Notes: generated by a model not told the origin, from the letters alone. A stretch of DNA of 64,000 nt from a virus (IMGVR_UViG_2537561935_000012); one strand, 5' to 3'. Numbered from the stretch's first letter, positions 19,999-34,125 are shown. Program-made: numbers and translations.

Positions 19999-21216
19999 AT
20001 GCCAACTGAATATGCTCGCGACAACCTTGGTCGCTATCAGACCGATGGATTAAGTGCAAAAGACTTTAACAAGGTCTTCGATCTTATCCGTAAACAGCAG
20101 CGTCAGAATCGGCGAAACGCGCGGCGTACACTCACCCCAAGGATTATGGGGATGCGTAACCGCGAACTTGAGGCATTCCTCAGCCTTGGGAAAAAGAAAG
20201 ATGGCACCTACTTTACGCCCGAAGATATACGCAGTTTCAACACCTCAAGGCAGGCTCATAAAACCAAATTCAAGAGCACGGTACCCGGCATTACCTATGC
20301 TCAGCTGGTGGCGCAGTCCACCAGCATTGATATAAAACGCGCTAACAACAAAGTTTCTGATGGCACAGGGATCAAAGCCGCGACATTTCTCGGGCTAAAA
20401 CACAACCTTGCATTGATATCTGTTAATGCCTCGGATGAGTCTGTCCACCAGCATCACCGTGTCAGAATTCGATTTGAGGAATGGGATAAAGCCGTTGAGG
20501 ATATTGCTGAAGACGGTGCGAAAAAAGCCCGAATCGCTGCCGATCTCTGCAAGGGCCGGGTATCTTTCGACTGTGATTGTGGACGCCATCAATACTGGTA
20601 TCGTTATATGGCCACGGCTGGTAACTATGCTGTCGCGCCGCCAAAAGAGTATGCATTCCCCAAAATCCGCAACCCTGATCTGACTGGTGTGGCTTGCAAA
20701 CATGTTTTGCACGCTATGACGCGTTTTCAGTCTCCCACATGGCACAAGGCCATCATTATTGCCCTGGAAAAAGCAGCTGAACAGGTAGCCTTCGGCGATG
20801 ACAAGCGGAAGACAACAACCTATTTCAAAGGCGAACTGGCTAAATCGCTCGCGCGCAACCGGACAACAACGACGGATCAGGCTAAAGCTGCGCGTGAGTA
20901 TGAGCTGTATCTGAAATCTCAGGATGCATTAGGCAAAAAACTACGCGCCAAAGATAGCGCCACGGACAACGTTCGCCGGTTGTTAAAAAAAGCTCGCACC
21001 ACGGCAAACAGGAAGAATGCCGAACTAAAAGCATCGCGGGTGAGGGAAGCCCAGGCTCGCGCTGAAGCCGACGCTCTCAAAAAAGCCCTGCAAACGCAGG
21101 CGAACAACCTCATAAAGTTTTTCATGAGTCAGGGAATGGACAAGACCGCTGCCACCGCGCAGGCGCGAAGCATTCTTGAGACACAAATTAACGAAGCCCG
21201 TAAACGGAAAGGATAA
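19999..21216 (+). CDS. hypothetical protein with SWIM-like zinc finger
   Basis: 405 aa; CDCGRHQYW...CKHVLH; Lys/Ala-rich C-terminus. Confidence 0.5.
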   Translation: MPTEYARDNLGRYQTDGLSAKDFNKVFDLIRKQQRQNRRNARRTLTPRIMGMRNRELEAFLSLGKKKDGTYFTPEDIRSFNTSRQAHKTKFKSTVPGITYAQLVAQSTSIDIKRANNKVSDGTGIKAATFLGLKHNLALISVNASDESVHQHHRVRIRFEEWDKAVEDIAEDGAKKARIAADLCKGRVSFDCDCGRHQYWYRYMATAGNYAVAPPKEYAFPKIRNPDLTGVACKHVLHAMTRFQSPTWHKAIIIALEKAAEQVAFGDDKRKTTTYFKGELAKSLARNRTTTTDQAKAAREYELYLKSQDALGKKLRAKDSATDNVRRLLKKARTTANRKNAELKASRVREAQARAEADALKKALQTQANNLIKFFMSQGMDKTAATAQARSILETQINEARKRKG

Positions 21217-24363
<3,147 letters not shown>

Positions 24364-24364
24364 G

Positions 24365-24388
24365 AAAAGCCCGGCGTTCGGGCTTTTC
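24365..24388 (+). terminator. rho-independent terminator
   Basis: aaaagcccggcgttcgggctttt hairpin after the spike gene. Confidence 0.6.
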
Positions 24389-24409
24389 TGTTATGACGGG
24401 TTCAATTTT

Positions 24410-25408
24410 TTATCCGTTACCGCGCGACGGTTTCTGCGTGATAAACGTCTCAAGCATCTTTTCCGCAATTGCCGACCAGGTGTGACACTGGACCTTTTCA
24501 GCATTTTTCACGCGATCAACGCGAGCAATAACCTCATCCCAATCAATCCGCGACTTGATAACCATATGGTTCACCAAAGCCAGGCGATCTGGCGGAAGGC
24601 AATCGGGAGGCGTTAATACCAACGCCCCGCACATTGCCGCCTCAAGAACAGTTAATCCAAGGCTTTCGGGATGCGTAACGATAAAAACGTCACTCTTACG
24701 CAATTCAGCTGCAAATTCGGTTGCTGGCACCGGCGTCCGCCTGTATGGAGTTACCGAAATATTCCCCGGATCAATGGTAACCAATCCGTCATCAGTCAAC
24801 GTTCTGGCCTCATACGGAACGGTCAGACGCTGAAGGTTCATAAGGATACTTAAGGAGTGATCAAAACCACTAACATCAAATGCAGCGTGGTCTACAAAAA
24901 TACGCAGAACATCGTCCGTTTTGGTTTCCAGATGGAACAGCTCCTGATTCGCTGCCCATCCAACATGTTTGTTAAAGCGATTATGACGTTCTAACCGACC
25001 GGGATTATCCAGGTACCGCCAGGTATCATCGCGGACAGTAAAAGTAATATCGACTGGTGCCGAATCCAGCATAGAACCGTCATATACCTGGGCTACCCAT
25101 CCAGAGAATCGGCGACACAGTTGCATGCCTATTTCCCTGGGTACCGTAGTAAAATACCTCAATCCTGGTGCCAAAATGGCCTTCGCAGAACATGCTGTCG
25201 CAGCAGTCAACACAGCTTCAACATAATCCTCGGGGCTTTCGACGCCAGGGGAATATGGACGATGGTATTGCAATGTAACCCCTGCCTCACTAAAGGCGCA
25301 GGCCAGGTTATAAGACCACATTTCCGTATATGTTTTCACATCACTGATGGCTGCAAATTTTCGCCCAATGATCAGGATGTTCATCGGCTTTTCCTCATTC
25401 CATTGCAT
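24410..25408 (-). CDS. GT-B glycosyltransferase-like protein
   Basis: 332 aa; ESLGLTVLEAAMCGALVL (E-x7-E-like motif); start overlaps ban stop. Confidence 0.55.
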   Translation of the reverse strand: MQWNEEKPMNILIIGRKFAAISDVKTYTEMWSYNLACAFSEAGVTLQYHRPYSPGVESPEDYVEAVLTAATACSAKAILAPGLRYFTTVPREIGMQLCRRFSGWVAQVYDGSMLDSAPVDITFTVRDDTWRYLDNPGRLERHNRFNKHVGWAANQELFHLETKTDDVLRIFVDHAAFDVSGFDHSLSILMNLQRLTVPYEARTLTDDGLVTIDPGNISVTPYRRTPVPATEFAAELRKSDVFIVTHPESLGLTVLEAAMCGALVLTPPDCLPPDRLALVNHMVIKSRIDWDEVIARVDRVKNAEKVQCHTWSAIAEKMLETFITQKPSRGNG

Positions 25409-26778
25409 TAATAATCCTCTTGCCAGTCAGCACCGGCATAGTTATCAAACCGTGAGTATTGGCCGTTAAAAGCCAATCTCACCGTGCCAATTGGGCCATT
25501 TCGTTGCTTTCCGATAATTACCTCGGCAATGCCCTTCATTTCGCTATCCGGGTGATAAACTTCGTCGCGATACAGAAACATAATCAGGTCTGCGTCCTGC
25601 TCAATTGCTCCTGATTCACGTAAATCTGAATTTACCGGTCGTTTGTCCGCACGCTGTTCAAGCGATCGATTAAGTTGTGACAATGCCACCACCGGTACTT
25701 GTAATTCCTTCGCCAACGCCTTCAGTGAGCGAGAAATCTCGGCAATTTCCAGCGTTCGGTTATCTTGCAGCTCGGGGACGCGCATAAGTTGCAGGTAGTC
25801 GATCATAATCATGCTCAAACCACCATTTTCTTTATAAACACGACGAGCGCGGGAACGTAGCTCTGTCGGCGTCAGGGCGCTTGAGTCATCAATAAAAATA
25901 TTCTGCTTGTCCAACAGAATACCCATTGCGCCAGAAACCCGCGCCCAATCCTCGTCGTTAAGTTGCCCTGTCCGAATACGAGTCTGATCAACGCGTGCAA
26001 GAGAAGCCAGTGAGCGCATCATCAGCTGGTGGCTCGGCATCTCAAGGCTAAAAACCAATACGGGCTTATCGTTACGAACTGCGGCATTTTCGACGAGATT
26101 CATCGCAAACGTGGTCTTCCCCATAGATGGGCGGGCGGCGACAATGATGAGATCGGACGGCTGAAGCCCTGCCGTCTTCTTATTGAGATCGGTAAATCCC
26201 GTATCAAGCCCCGTTACACCATCATGTGGTCGCTGAAACAACTCTTCTATGCGAGATACCGTTGCATCGAGAATGCTGGCGATATCTTTTGGACCACTAC
26301 CGCTCTTTTGTCGTTTTTCAGCTATTTCAAAAACGCGGCGCTCGGCCATATCCAGCAATTCATTGCTGCCCCTGCCATCCTGCGCATATCCAGCTTCGGC
26401 TATTTCATTTGCGACGGAAATCATTTCACGAACAACCGCGCGTTCACGAACAATATCCGCATAAGCACAAATATTTGCCGCGCTGGGCGTGTTCTTTGAC
26501 ATCTCCGCAAGGTACGCAAAACCACCGGCGCGTTCTAATTTACCGTTCTGTTCAAGTGCTTCAGCAAGTGTTATCAAATCAATCGGTTTGCCATGACTTA
26601 ATAACCTCTCCATCTCACTGAAAATTTCACGATGAGCACTGGTATAAAAATCATCAGCAACTATACGATCTGCAACTTCATCCCAGCGGCAGTTATCAAG
26701 CATTAAGCCACCAAGTACAGCTTGTTCTGCACTAAGGGAATTTGGCATGGATTCAAGAGGGGATGCAGACATTAGCAC
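25408..26778 (-). CDS. ban: DnaB-type replicative helicase (Ban)
   Basis: 456 aa; Walker A GKTTFAMN. Confidence 0.9.
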   Translation of the reverse strand: MLMSASPLESMPNSLSAEQAVLGGLMLDNCRWDEVADRIVADDFYTSAHREIFSEMERLLSHGKPIDLITLAEALEQNGKLERAGGFAYLAEMSKNTPSAANICAYADIVRERAVVREMISVANEIAEAGYAQDGRGSNELLDMAERRVFEIAEKRQKSGSGPKDIASILDATVSRIEELFQRPHDGVTGLDTGFTDLNKKTAGLQPSDLIIVAARPSMGKTTFAMNLVENAAVRNDKPVLVFSLEMPSHQLMMRSLASLARVDQTRIRTGQLNDEDWARVSGAMGILLDKQNIFIDDSSALTPTELRSRARRVYKENGGLSMIMIDYLQLMRVPELQDNRTLEIAEISRSLKALAKELQVPVVALSQLNRSLEQRADKRPVNSDLRESGAIEQDADLIMFLYRDEVYHPDSEMKGIAEVIIGKQRNGPIGTVRLAFNGQYSRFDNYAGADWQEDY

Positions 26779-27058
26779 TCCACCCAGGCGTGCTGAATGT
26801 CAGATATAATCGGCATACTCAAATCACTCCTAACGATATGAGTCATCACCAGAAAATCAGGATTAATGCGCCGGACTCTTCCCGGCTGTCACACCGAATC
26901 GCCAGGATGGTGAATCCCTTTACCCGAGAAACAACAAACGGTGGCTTGCACATTCCGGCTACCTGGTTCGTTGCCTGAGCTAGGGGCAAGGTTCCCCCCT
27001 TTTAACGTCACCAGACCGCTAACGACGCATGTGCCAGACGCCGTGTTACAACCAAATA

Positions 27059-27134
27059 TGGTGGCCCCTACCGGACTTGAACCGGTGACCGTGCGATTAT
27101 GAGTCGCCAGCTCTAACCACTGAGCTAAAGGGCC
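27059..27134 (-). tRNA. tRNA-Ile2/Met-like, anticodon CAU
   Basis: 76-nt cloverleaf; loop CTCATAA; GGTTCAAGTCC T-arm; encoded CCA; close to E. coli ileX. Confidence 0.85.
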
Positions 27135-27137
27135 GGA

Positions 27138-27245
27138 TTACTGTTTCCTGAGTGCTTCTATGACGCCAGCAATACCGCCTACAACTATGCCAGCAATGAC
27201 AACGAGAACAATTGGATACTTGTCAGCAAAATCCCAGAAGCCCAT
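27138..27245 (-). CDS. small membrane protein, 35 aa (TciC-like, candidate)
   Basis: MGFWDFADKYPIVLVVIAGIVVGG...; TGATG overlap with upstream ORF. Confidence 0.3.
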   Translation of the reverse strand: MGFWDFADKYPIVLVVIAGIVVGGIAGVIEALRKQ

Positions 27246-27409
27246 CACTGATCCTTAGAAGCTGTTTTTAATATCGGCCATACCAATGTTACAGCTACTG
27301 CTACCAACGCCCCGTCGGATAAAACCGACAGGATTGTGCTGGTGAAATCCACCAGCACAGATAGCACGAGAAAAACCAAAGCCAGAATTAGACGTGCTTT
27401 TATAACCAT
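27245..27409 (-). CDS. small membrane protein, 54 aa (TciB-like, candidate)
   Basis: hydrophobic ORF coupled to the TerB-like gene. Confidence 0.3.
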   Translation of the reverse strand: MVIKARLILALVFLVLSVLVDFTSTILSVLSDGALVAVAVTLVWPILKTASKDQ

Positions 27410-27834
27410 CAGATATACTGTTCCAGTGGCAATTGAAGAGCCTGGGCAATTTTCTTCAATTGCTCCTGCTCTTCTGCCCCAATGCCATCCTGGTCAGCAA
27501 TATCAATGCATAGGCACAGAACATCTACCGCATCATTAGTTCCAGACACGTCAGCCAGTTCACGTAAAGCCTGGGCATTCGCTCGGCGCGGCGAGGCTTC
27601 ATATTGAGCGCGAATATTGGCGCTCATCTGGGCAATTTCACCGGAGAACGGCGCAAAGGCAGGAAGTGCTGCAATGGTTTTTTCCAATACTGCAATTTCT
27701 TTCGCATCGCAGGTGCCGTCAGAGTATGCAATGGAATATGCGCCCCAGACAGTCGCTTCCACCGCATCACGGTTTTCCATCTTCTTGACTCCGCCAGCCG
27801 CTTTGCGGAATTTCTTTTTGAGAATGCCGAGCAT
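27409..27834 (-). CDS. tciA: TerB-like domain protein (TciA-like)
   Basis: TerB-like pattern; true start may be the internal Met at 27780. Confidence 0.55.
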   Translation of the reverse strand: MLGILKKKFRKAAGGVKKMENRDAVEATVWGAYSIAYSDGTCDAKEIAVLEKTIAALPAFAPFSGEIAQMSANIRAQYEASPRRANAQALRELADVSGTNDAVDVLCLCIDIADQDGIGAEEQEQLKKIAQALQLPLEQYI

Positions 27835-28565
27835 TTATTAACCTCATTACTGGTTGGGAAATAAGGTTGCGGTGCCGGGTGCTTCCCGGTGTCCTTTAGC
27901 TGGTTATCCACCGTGGACGGGGAAATAAGGAGAAATAATGGACAGATATAACCATTTCCCCGCGTGCGCTTAGCCGCATTCACCGCAACGGAAAGAGCAT
28001 TCCTGGTGGACCTGTAGATTGGGATATGAACCCGTTACAGGAGAATGCTCTTACCTGTTACGTGCTCCGTTTCGTGGAGCTAACGGCGGGGGATCGGGCC
28101 GCACCAGACTGGACTTATTTCAGCGTTATGCTCATGCCAGAGAATCAAACTGTGATGGTCGGTGCTGAACTCCGACACAGGGTTGTAGCAAGCCCCGCAA
28201 AGCGCGCACTACTGTAGTTGCGGCACATCAGCCTGTGCATTCACCACAATGTTGAGAACACTGGTTGTCACGCTGCAACGCAACATTTATTCGTAGATTG
28301 GGATATGACCCCGTTACGCCAGTGTTCTCAACGTTGTAGTGCCGGTTACGGTTCCGGCCAGGCCTCTTCCTCAACGGGGTGTTCTCCATACGGACTACCG
28401 TTTATTGGTCGTTCCTGCGGTTTATGTTGTGAAGCCAGATGCTTATCTTCTGGTTGCTTCAAAGAGCTGCACTTCATCACAACGGTAAGGGTACTTCGTA
28501 GGGATTCGAACCCTCTGCCAAGCTCGGCGATCTCCGACGTCGCAAAATACCCTTACCTGTTGTGC

Positions 28566-28641
28566 TGGTGCCGATTAACGGACTCGAACCGCTGACATCC
28601 TGCTTACAAGGCAGGCGCTCTACCAACTGAGCTAAACCGGC
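28566..28641 (-). tRNA. tRNA-Thr, anticodon UGU
   Basis: 76 nt; D-arm GCTCAGTTGGTAGAGC; loop CTTGTAA; encoded CCA. Confidence 0.85.
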
Positions 28642-28643
28642 AT

Positions 28644-28719
28644 TGGCGATGGTGGATGGATTTGAACCATCGACCCGTTGATTAACAGTCAACCGCTCTA
28701 ACCGCTGAGCTACACCATC
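28644..28719 (-). tRNA. tRNA-Asn, anticodon GUU
   Basis: 76 nt; loop CTGTTAA; T-arm GGTTCAAATCC; encoded CCA; 2 nt from tRNA-Thr. Confidence 0.85.
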
Positions 28720-29384
28720 ACTTGCCGGGTACGTCTCCGGCGAGGGCTTCCACCTCCGTATGCTTTTCGGCGCACCGCGCCCTGGCTGCAATTCGGTAAC
28801 AGGGGATGCACAACCCTGGCTTCCAGCGTGATTAGCGCCTTCAGCATGACGGGATATACCCGTAAATTCGTGGAACTGTACCCAAAGTGCTGTTAAGCAC
28901 CGCTGTTACGCTGAAAAGAAAACGCAACAGGAAAGGACGCTGACCAACAGATGGCCCCTTCTCGTTCATCTGGTTAATCACACCAGCGCCCTTACCTGTT
29001 GTGCCTCCCCGTTCCCTAATACACAGACGGGGACACTCTGCGGTCGATTTTTTGACGGGGGACGACTCATACCCCGTGGCATCTGGCTTCTTAGGCCGCT
29101 ACCATCATCAGATCATCGTTTGCATTTACTTTAATGGTCAGTTTCTAAACCGCCGCAAAGTCGCTAACCATGACGAAAACCCTGAAAAAAACGCCCACCC
29201 GAAGATGGGCAAACTGGAAGCTCGTAACGCACTTCGGCGTTGCCACTTAGGCGCATGGTCAACCTGGCAACTCGGTGTTTTGTCTGGGAGGACTAGGCCC
29301 AGCCATGCTTACCGCCGCGCCTGTCGCGGCTAACAGCTAAATCGCTCTATAAATCACGATTCATTGAGGCGATATTACACTAAT

Positions 29385-29401
29385 AAATTTATTAGAGCAA
29401 T
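29385..29401. promoter_or_regulatory. C1 operator, perfect 17/17 match
   Basis: aaatttattagagcaat overlapping the dmt stop, at the head of the tRNA-tci-ban transcription unit. Confidence 0.75.
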
Positions 29402-31656
29402 ATACCCAAAACGTCATGAGCTACACCTCGAGTGTCCCCCTTACAAGACACAGAACGTCTGGCAAAAAGAGGTTCCACTCTGAAGCCACTGTCATGATAA
29501 AGCTCTCTGATGTTTGGCGCGCCACTGTTAGTAATGAGAACCTTTGCACCTCGACGATGAGCATCCGTCAACAGAGACACCAGGCGTTTTTGCTCTTCAA
29601 ACTTAAAGTCATGACCGGAATAGTTCGTGAATCCCTCTGTATTTGGAAGCGGTTCATACGGCGGATCGCAAAAGATGACATCTCCTTCTCCGGCAGCTTC
29701 AATCACCGCTGCAAAATCACCGCATACAAACTCAGACCGCCCTTCCGCACCGAGGAAGGCTTCCATCTCCTGTAATGGGAAATACGGAGTTTTATACTTC
29801 CCGTAACCGACATTGAACTCACCGGCCTGGTTGTAACGCGTCAATCCGTTAAAACAATGTCGGTTCAGGAACAAAAACGCCGCTGCGCGATGTAAATCAT
29901 CATAGACTTGTTTGTTAAACGCATTCCGTACTGCCAGGTATCCTTCCTGTGTGTTGTAGCCCTGGAAGAAACGATGCGCCAGTGTGATAAGTGAATGCGC
30001 CTCGCGTTGCAGAGTCTTGTAAAAGTTAATCAGGTCAGCATTCACATCATTTAGCAGATTTTCCTGGTATCCGGCATTCGTGAAGACAGCTCCGCCACCG
30101 ACAAAAGGTTCGATCAGGCGCTTCCCTTCTGGCAAATAGCGAAAGATTTGTTCCAGAACACCAAATTTTCCACCAGCCCATTTGAATATGGACCGTTCGA
30201 ATTCTGCCGCTGGTTTAACTTTTCGCTCTTTTGTTTCACTTCCTTCTTTCTGCCGACATACGGCCTTAGTAATCCGATCGCCAATCCAGCGCATTACTGG
30301 TATTGCCATACTATTGCCGATCGCTTTGTAACGCGGTCCGTCAGCTGCAAGCATCGCGGCCTCTTCTTCGCTTAAATATGGATAGTGATTGCGAAGATAT
30401 GCCAGTTCATCTGAATTAACTTTTTTACGCTTTTCCGTCGGGATCAACGTATGCCCATCAGGAAAACCTTGCAGCCTTTCACATTCGACAGGGGTAAGAC
30501 GGCGGACAGCTACTTCTGCGTTTCTTACTTCATAGCAAACAGCTGTTGGATTTTTAGCCATTAGAGATGGTGAAGTATTCTTAGTTGCAGCATGTTGTGT
30601 ACCGCTCATACGCTCAGGAAAAGCCAATGTAACAAGATGCTCATGGCTTTCTTGCTCACGTGCCCGCAATGTACCATGCCCTTCTGACCAAAAACCTGCT
30701 CCTGTGCTGCTAAAAACGGCAAGGTCAGTGGCATCTTTAAAATCTCTTGCCTTTACTGTCGATGCGGTTTCATCGTCAATATATTCCCCAAATGCTGCCA
30801 TCCTGAAAGCGTTTACGGCTTTCGTCGATTTCATACCGGGTGGCATGTCAGCGTGTAGGCATGGATTTAGGCTTTCGCCACTGATTGCAGCGCCATTTGC
30901 AATAATGGCGGAAGCGATTTCCTTCTTTTTTCGGCTCGGCGCAATATTCCGACGCACGCCTTCGAACTCAAAAAGTACCGTTGCGGGATCGAGGTCTGTT
31001 CGAGCACTTGCGACAACAAACACGCGTCGGCGTCGTTGTGCCACTCCGAAGTATTGGGCATCAAGGATTCTCCAGGCCACCTTTCGCTGCGGTCCATAAA
31101 TACAACCACACTGCGGCCACTTTGGAGCATGGCAACCGGTTTTGCCATCCCACCGCCAGAACGCGTTACTTTTTCCTGATTCAGGTCGATCACCTGGTTC
31201 AAATGGCGCATCTTCTCCAGCCAATCCGGCAAGGAAACATCCGAAGGCGTTATCTGCCGATGACAGGACTCCTGGGACATTTTCCCAGACGATAACTGTC
31301 GGTTTGAGGAAGGACTCAGACCGTTTGTCGTCAATTGCATTTGCAAGCTCCACATACTTCAAAGTTAGCGCGCCGCGTTCATCATCAAGCCCACCACGTA
31401 AGCCCGCGATACTGAATGCCTGACAAGGCGTACCCCCGACGAGCACATCAGGGGATTCGATTTCCCCAGCCAGGACTTTTTTGGCAAGTTTTGTCATGTC
31501 GCCAAGGTTGGAGACATGGGGCCAGCGGTGCGCAAGAACGGCAGATGGAAAAGGCTCGATTTCAGCAAACCACGCCGGACGCATACCCAACGGTTCCCAG
31601 GCAATACTCGCGGCTTCAATTCCACTGCAAACAGATCCATAGCACAGCTCTTTCAC
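29392..31656 (-). CDS. dmt: bifunctional DNA methyltransferase (C5-cytosine N-terminal, N6-adenine C-terminal)
   Basis: 754 aa; PCQ and ENV motifs in the N-terminal half; DPPY and FxGxG in the C-terminal half. Confidence 0.9.
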   Translation of the reverse strand: MKELCYGSVCSGIEAASIAWEPLGMRPAWFAEIEPFPSAVLAHRWPHVSNLGDMTKLAKKVLAGEIESPDVLVGGTPCQAFSIAGLRGGLDDERGALTLKYVELANAIDDKRSESFLKPTVIVWENVPGVLSSADNAFGCFLAGLAGEDAPFEPGDRPESGKSNAFWRWDGKTGCHAPKWPQCGCIYGPQRKVAWRILDAQYFGVAQRRRRVFVVASARTDLDPATVLFEFEGVRRNIAPSRKKKEIASAIIANGAAISGESLNPCLHADMPPGMKSTKAVNAFRMAAFGEYIDDETASTVKARDFKDATDLAVFSSTGAGFWSEGHGTLRAREQESHEHLVTLAFPERMSGTQHAATKNTSPSLMAKNPTAVCYEVRNAEVAVRRLTPVECERLQGFPDGHTLIPTEKRKKVNSDELAYLRNHYPYLSEEEAAMLAADGPRYKAIGNSMAIPVMRWIGDRITKAVCRQKEGSETKERKVKPAAEFERSIFKWAGGKFGVLEQIFRYLPEGKRLIEPFVGGGAVFTNAGYQENLLNDVNADLINFYKTLQREAHSLITLAHRFFQGYNTQEGYLAVRNAFNKQVYDDLHRAAAFLFLNRHCFNGLTRYNQAGEFNVGYGKYKTPYFPLQEMEAFLGAEGRSEFVCGDFAAVIEAAGEGDVIFCDPPYEPLPNTEGFTNYSGHDFKFEEQKRLVSLLTDAHRRGAKVLITNSGAPNIRELYHDSGFRVEPLFARRSVSCKGDTRGVAHDVLGILL

Positions 31657-32558
31657 TGCTTAGCCTCTCCACCAAGGGCATTTACCAGAGCATCAACCAG
31701 GCACGAAATTTCACTGGTCAACAGGAAGAAATCTGCGTCCAGTCGCTGCGCAACATCTTCACTATCAATATCAGAGTTCTGCTCAAGCAATTCATCCGCA
31801 AATTTGACGCTGGTAAGGTTGAAGTTATGGTCCAGTGTAAATTTAATGCGGTTCTGCCAGTCGAGTGCCAACTTAGTAACGAGCTTGCCAGCTTCCAGGT
31901 GTGTGGAAATTTCATCGCTTCCCAAATCCTGCTTTTTCACTCGGGCAATACCGCCATCCTCAAGCACTGCCTTAAGTTCTGCCGCATCCCCCATTTGAAA
32001 TCCCTGTGGAGCACTACCATCACGTACCCAGTCGGTCAGCGTTAATTCAATGGGATTTTCAACACTCAGGGGAACAACAGGAAGAGAACCCAGAGACTTA
32101 CGCATAAGCGCGAGCATATCCTCTGCCTGCCGCGCGCTGGCATTGATATAGATACGTTTAGTTGAACCGTCGTAGATCGCCTGGATAACAGAAAACTTTG
32201 AAAAAGCCCGTGGCAGAAGAGAATGCAGAACTTCGTCTTTCAGGGAGTCCTTCTCTGTTTTCTTCAGTTTACGCGCTTGTTCTTGCTCAAGTTTTTCAAT
32301 TTTTTCTTGAATAGCTCGCTGGATAACCGGCGGGGGAAGAATTTTTGTTTCGCGCTTTGCTTCAACAAGGATAAAACCATTTCCATGCATAGCGATAACT
32401 TCGGAATTATCACCAAATGGAGATACAAAACCGAACTTGGCCATATCCTGACTACCGCATGGCGTGAAAAGGATCATTTTCTTTTTATCTTCTAAGTCGG
32501 TCAGATCCGCCTCACGAGAAAGTTTATAAATAGTAATGTTTTTCCAGTGCTTAAACAT
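31653..32558 (-). CDS. hrdC: RdgC-like recombination-associated protein
   Basis: about 301 aa from internal Met; long collinear similarity to E. coli RdgC ([35 protein letters not shown]). Confidence 0.85.
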   Translation of the reverse strand: MFKHWKNITIYKLSREADLTDLEDKKKMILFTPCGSQDMAKFGFVSPFGDNSEVIAMHGNGFILVEAKRETKILPPPVIQRAIQEKIEKLEQEQARKLKKTEKDSLKDEVLHSLLPRAFSKFSVIQAIYDGSTKRIYINASARQAEDMLALMRKSLGSLPVVPLSVENPIELTLTDWVRDGSAPQGFQMGDAAELKAVLEDGGIARVKKQDLGSDEISTHLEAGKLVTKLALDWQNRIKFTLDHNFNLTSVKFADELLEQNSDIDSEDVAQRLDADFFLLTSEISCLVDALVNALGGEAKQ

Positions 32559-32907
32559 GTTGTAACCCTTGAATATCAACCACAGAAAGCTCGTCTTTGT
32601 AGAAAAAGGCCAGGTTGTGGCACCCCCTCGTTTGAGCGTATGAGCTGGGACCAATTTCGTTCTTCCAGACAAATGGCTTCAAATCCGTACGGCGAAGCAT
32701 AAAAACGCGATTTGTTCCGCTCTGATTCCCAATGAGGCAAAAGCCTTCTTTCACCTTGATAGCCTGCAAGTTGTCGAGTTCACCGCTGGTTACACGGCTA
32801 TCGAACTCCTTGCGGCTTATTAGCTCCATCTGCATCTGACGACTCCAAACAAATGCCCATTGAAGGGCGATGGCTGAATGGTACCGAAAATACGACATAA
32901 AAAACAA
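32551..32907 (-). CDS. hypothetical protein upstream of hrdC
   Basis: 118-aa ORF; start region overlaps an operator. Confidence 0.4.
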   Translation of the reverse strand: MFFMSYFRYHSAIALQWAFVWSRQMQMELISRKEFDSRVTSGELDNLQAIKVKEGFCLIGNQSGTNRVFMLRRTDLKPFVWKNEIGPSSYAQTRGCHNLAFFYKDELSVVDIQGLQHV

Positions 32908-32923
32908 TATTTATTAGAGCAAT
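32907..32923. promoter_or_regulatory. C1 operator-like site (16/17)
   Basis: atatttattagagcaat at the head of the hrdC-dmt operon. Confidence 0.65.
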
Positions 32924-33004
32924 TTTGCAATAGTTGAACTCCATGTAGACCACAAACAACCTGAGTTAAAATAACGAAAATCAGAGCAAATAATTGGTGA
33001 TGAC

Positions 33005-33289
33005 GTGGCAAGTATTGCAACAAAAGACAGCATTTGTTCGGGGCACGGAGGATTCCCATCCAGGCCTCCTGTAGAGAGTGAACCACTACTTAAAGTCAAC
33101 GGAGTCGAAGTGTTAGTTGATGGTAAGCAATATGCACAGCATACCGATGGAAACAGTACGCACGGTGGGCAAGCTATATCAACCAGGGCATGGTTTACCG
33201 TCAATGGTAAAGGGATCGTATGCGTTGGTGACCCTGTTTCATGCGGATCTACCGTAGCGTCCGGAGACGGCCTGGTTCAGGTAAGTTAG
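33005..33289 (+). CDS. PAAR-like Gly/Cys-rich small protein (candidate)
   Basis: 94 aa, GTG start; SGHGG, THGG, CVGDPVSCGS motifs. Confidence 0.4.
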   Translation: MASIATKDSICSGHGGFPSRPPVESEPLLKVNGVEVLVDGKQYAQHTDGNSTHGGQAISTRAWFTVNGKGIVCVGDPVSCGSTVASGDGLVQVS

Positions 33290-33297
33290 GAGATATC

Positions 33298-34086
33298 ATG
33301 CTGGAAAAAGACTACCAGTTATCCGCATATAAAAAATTGGCCGCCGCCGGTGGGATGAAAACACCTGGTGCCATAACATCGGCACGAAACAGTGCTAACA
33401 CAGCAAAACTGCTTGCAGAAGAATTGACCGGATTAATTCTGGATACAATTGTCTATCCCGACACTATTACCAGCTATGTTTCAACGATCAGAACAACCAC
33501 AACCGGCTTAACGAACATTGGAGAACTGGCAACTAAGCACGCGGACCTGTTGGCTGGTTATGCAGATCTGTCAATGCTGCTTCAACTCGATATTGGTTGG
33601 GATGTTTACTGCCGTGCTAATGAGCGAGAAGTATCAGAACTGCCGATCTCTATTGCCATTGGTGATGTGACTATTACTAAATCGCTTGAGGACGCTGTAA
33701 ACGCGCTTAATACATCAAGTTTAATCGCTGCTATGGGGGAGATTAACCAGACCCTTAACACTGGCTCAGGAAGCTCGTCAGGCTCTGGTTCAGGCGGCGG
33801 CACTGCCACTCCCCCACCAGCACTAACAGAAGAGCAAATTGAATCTCTGAAAGTAGCAACTGAACAGTTTGGGGTTGTTTTCAACCAGACAACAGCGCCC
33901 ACAACTGCGTTACAACAGCAGTATGAACGAGCGAATGAAAGCGCCAATGTAGCCATAACTGCTTATAACCATGCTATCGGTACTGCGCTTGCGGAAGCAT
34001 CAGCAAATAAGGCCAGCACAGCCAGCGCAGTTGCTGCTTTGGTTCCTGATTCTGTTCTTGATGAATTAAACAAAGCGGCACAGTAA
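33298..34086 (+). CDS. hypothetical protein with Ser/Gly linker
   Basis: about 262 aa from ATG after AGGAG RBS; GSGSSSGSGSGGG linker. Confidence 0.5.
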   Translation: MLEKDYQLSAYKKLAAAGGMKTPGAITSARNSANTAKLLAEELTGLILDTIVYPDTITSYVSTIRTTTTGLTNIGELATKHADLLAGYADLSMLLQLDIGWDVYCRANEREVSELPISIAIGDVTITKSLEDAVNALNTSSLIAAMGEINQTLNTGSGSSSGSGSGGGTATPPPALTEEQIESLKVATEQFGVVFNQTTAPTTALQQQYERANESANVAITAYNHAIGTALAEASANKASTASAVAALVPDSVLDELNKAAQ

Positions 34087-34125
34087 CAAAGGACTTCATT
34101 GATAATTTTTCTTCAGGAGGAAGAC

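Noticed and set aside
28486-28566. Possible fourth tRNA with a GGGTTCGAATCCC T-arm
   Set aside because: No canonical D-arm or anticodon arm can be drawn and there are 9 extra nt between the T-stem and acceptor strand; kept as a tRNA-like fragment in findings.
28026-28595. Plus-strand ORFs of 63 and 125 aa in the tRNA region
   Set aside because: They overlap the minus-strand tRNA-Thr gene and the hairpin repeats and have no RBS; the region is better explained as structured RNA.
29001-29333. 110-aa plus-strand ORF between the tRNAs and the operator
   Set aside because: It is antisense within the operon leader, with no RBS and odd composition; likely spurious.
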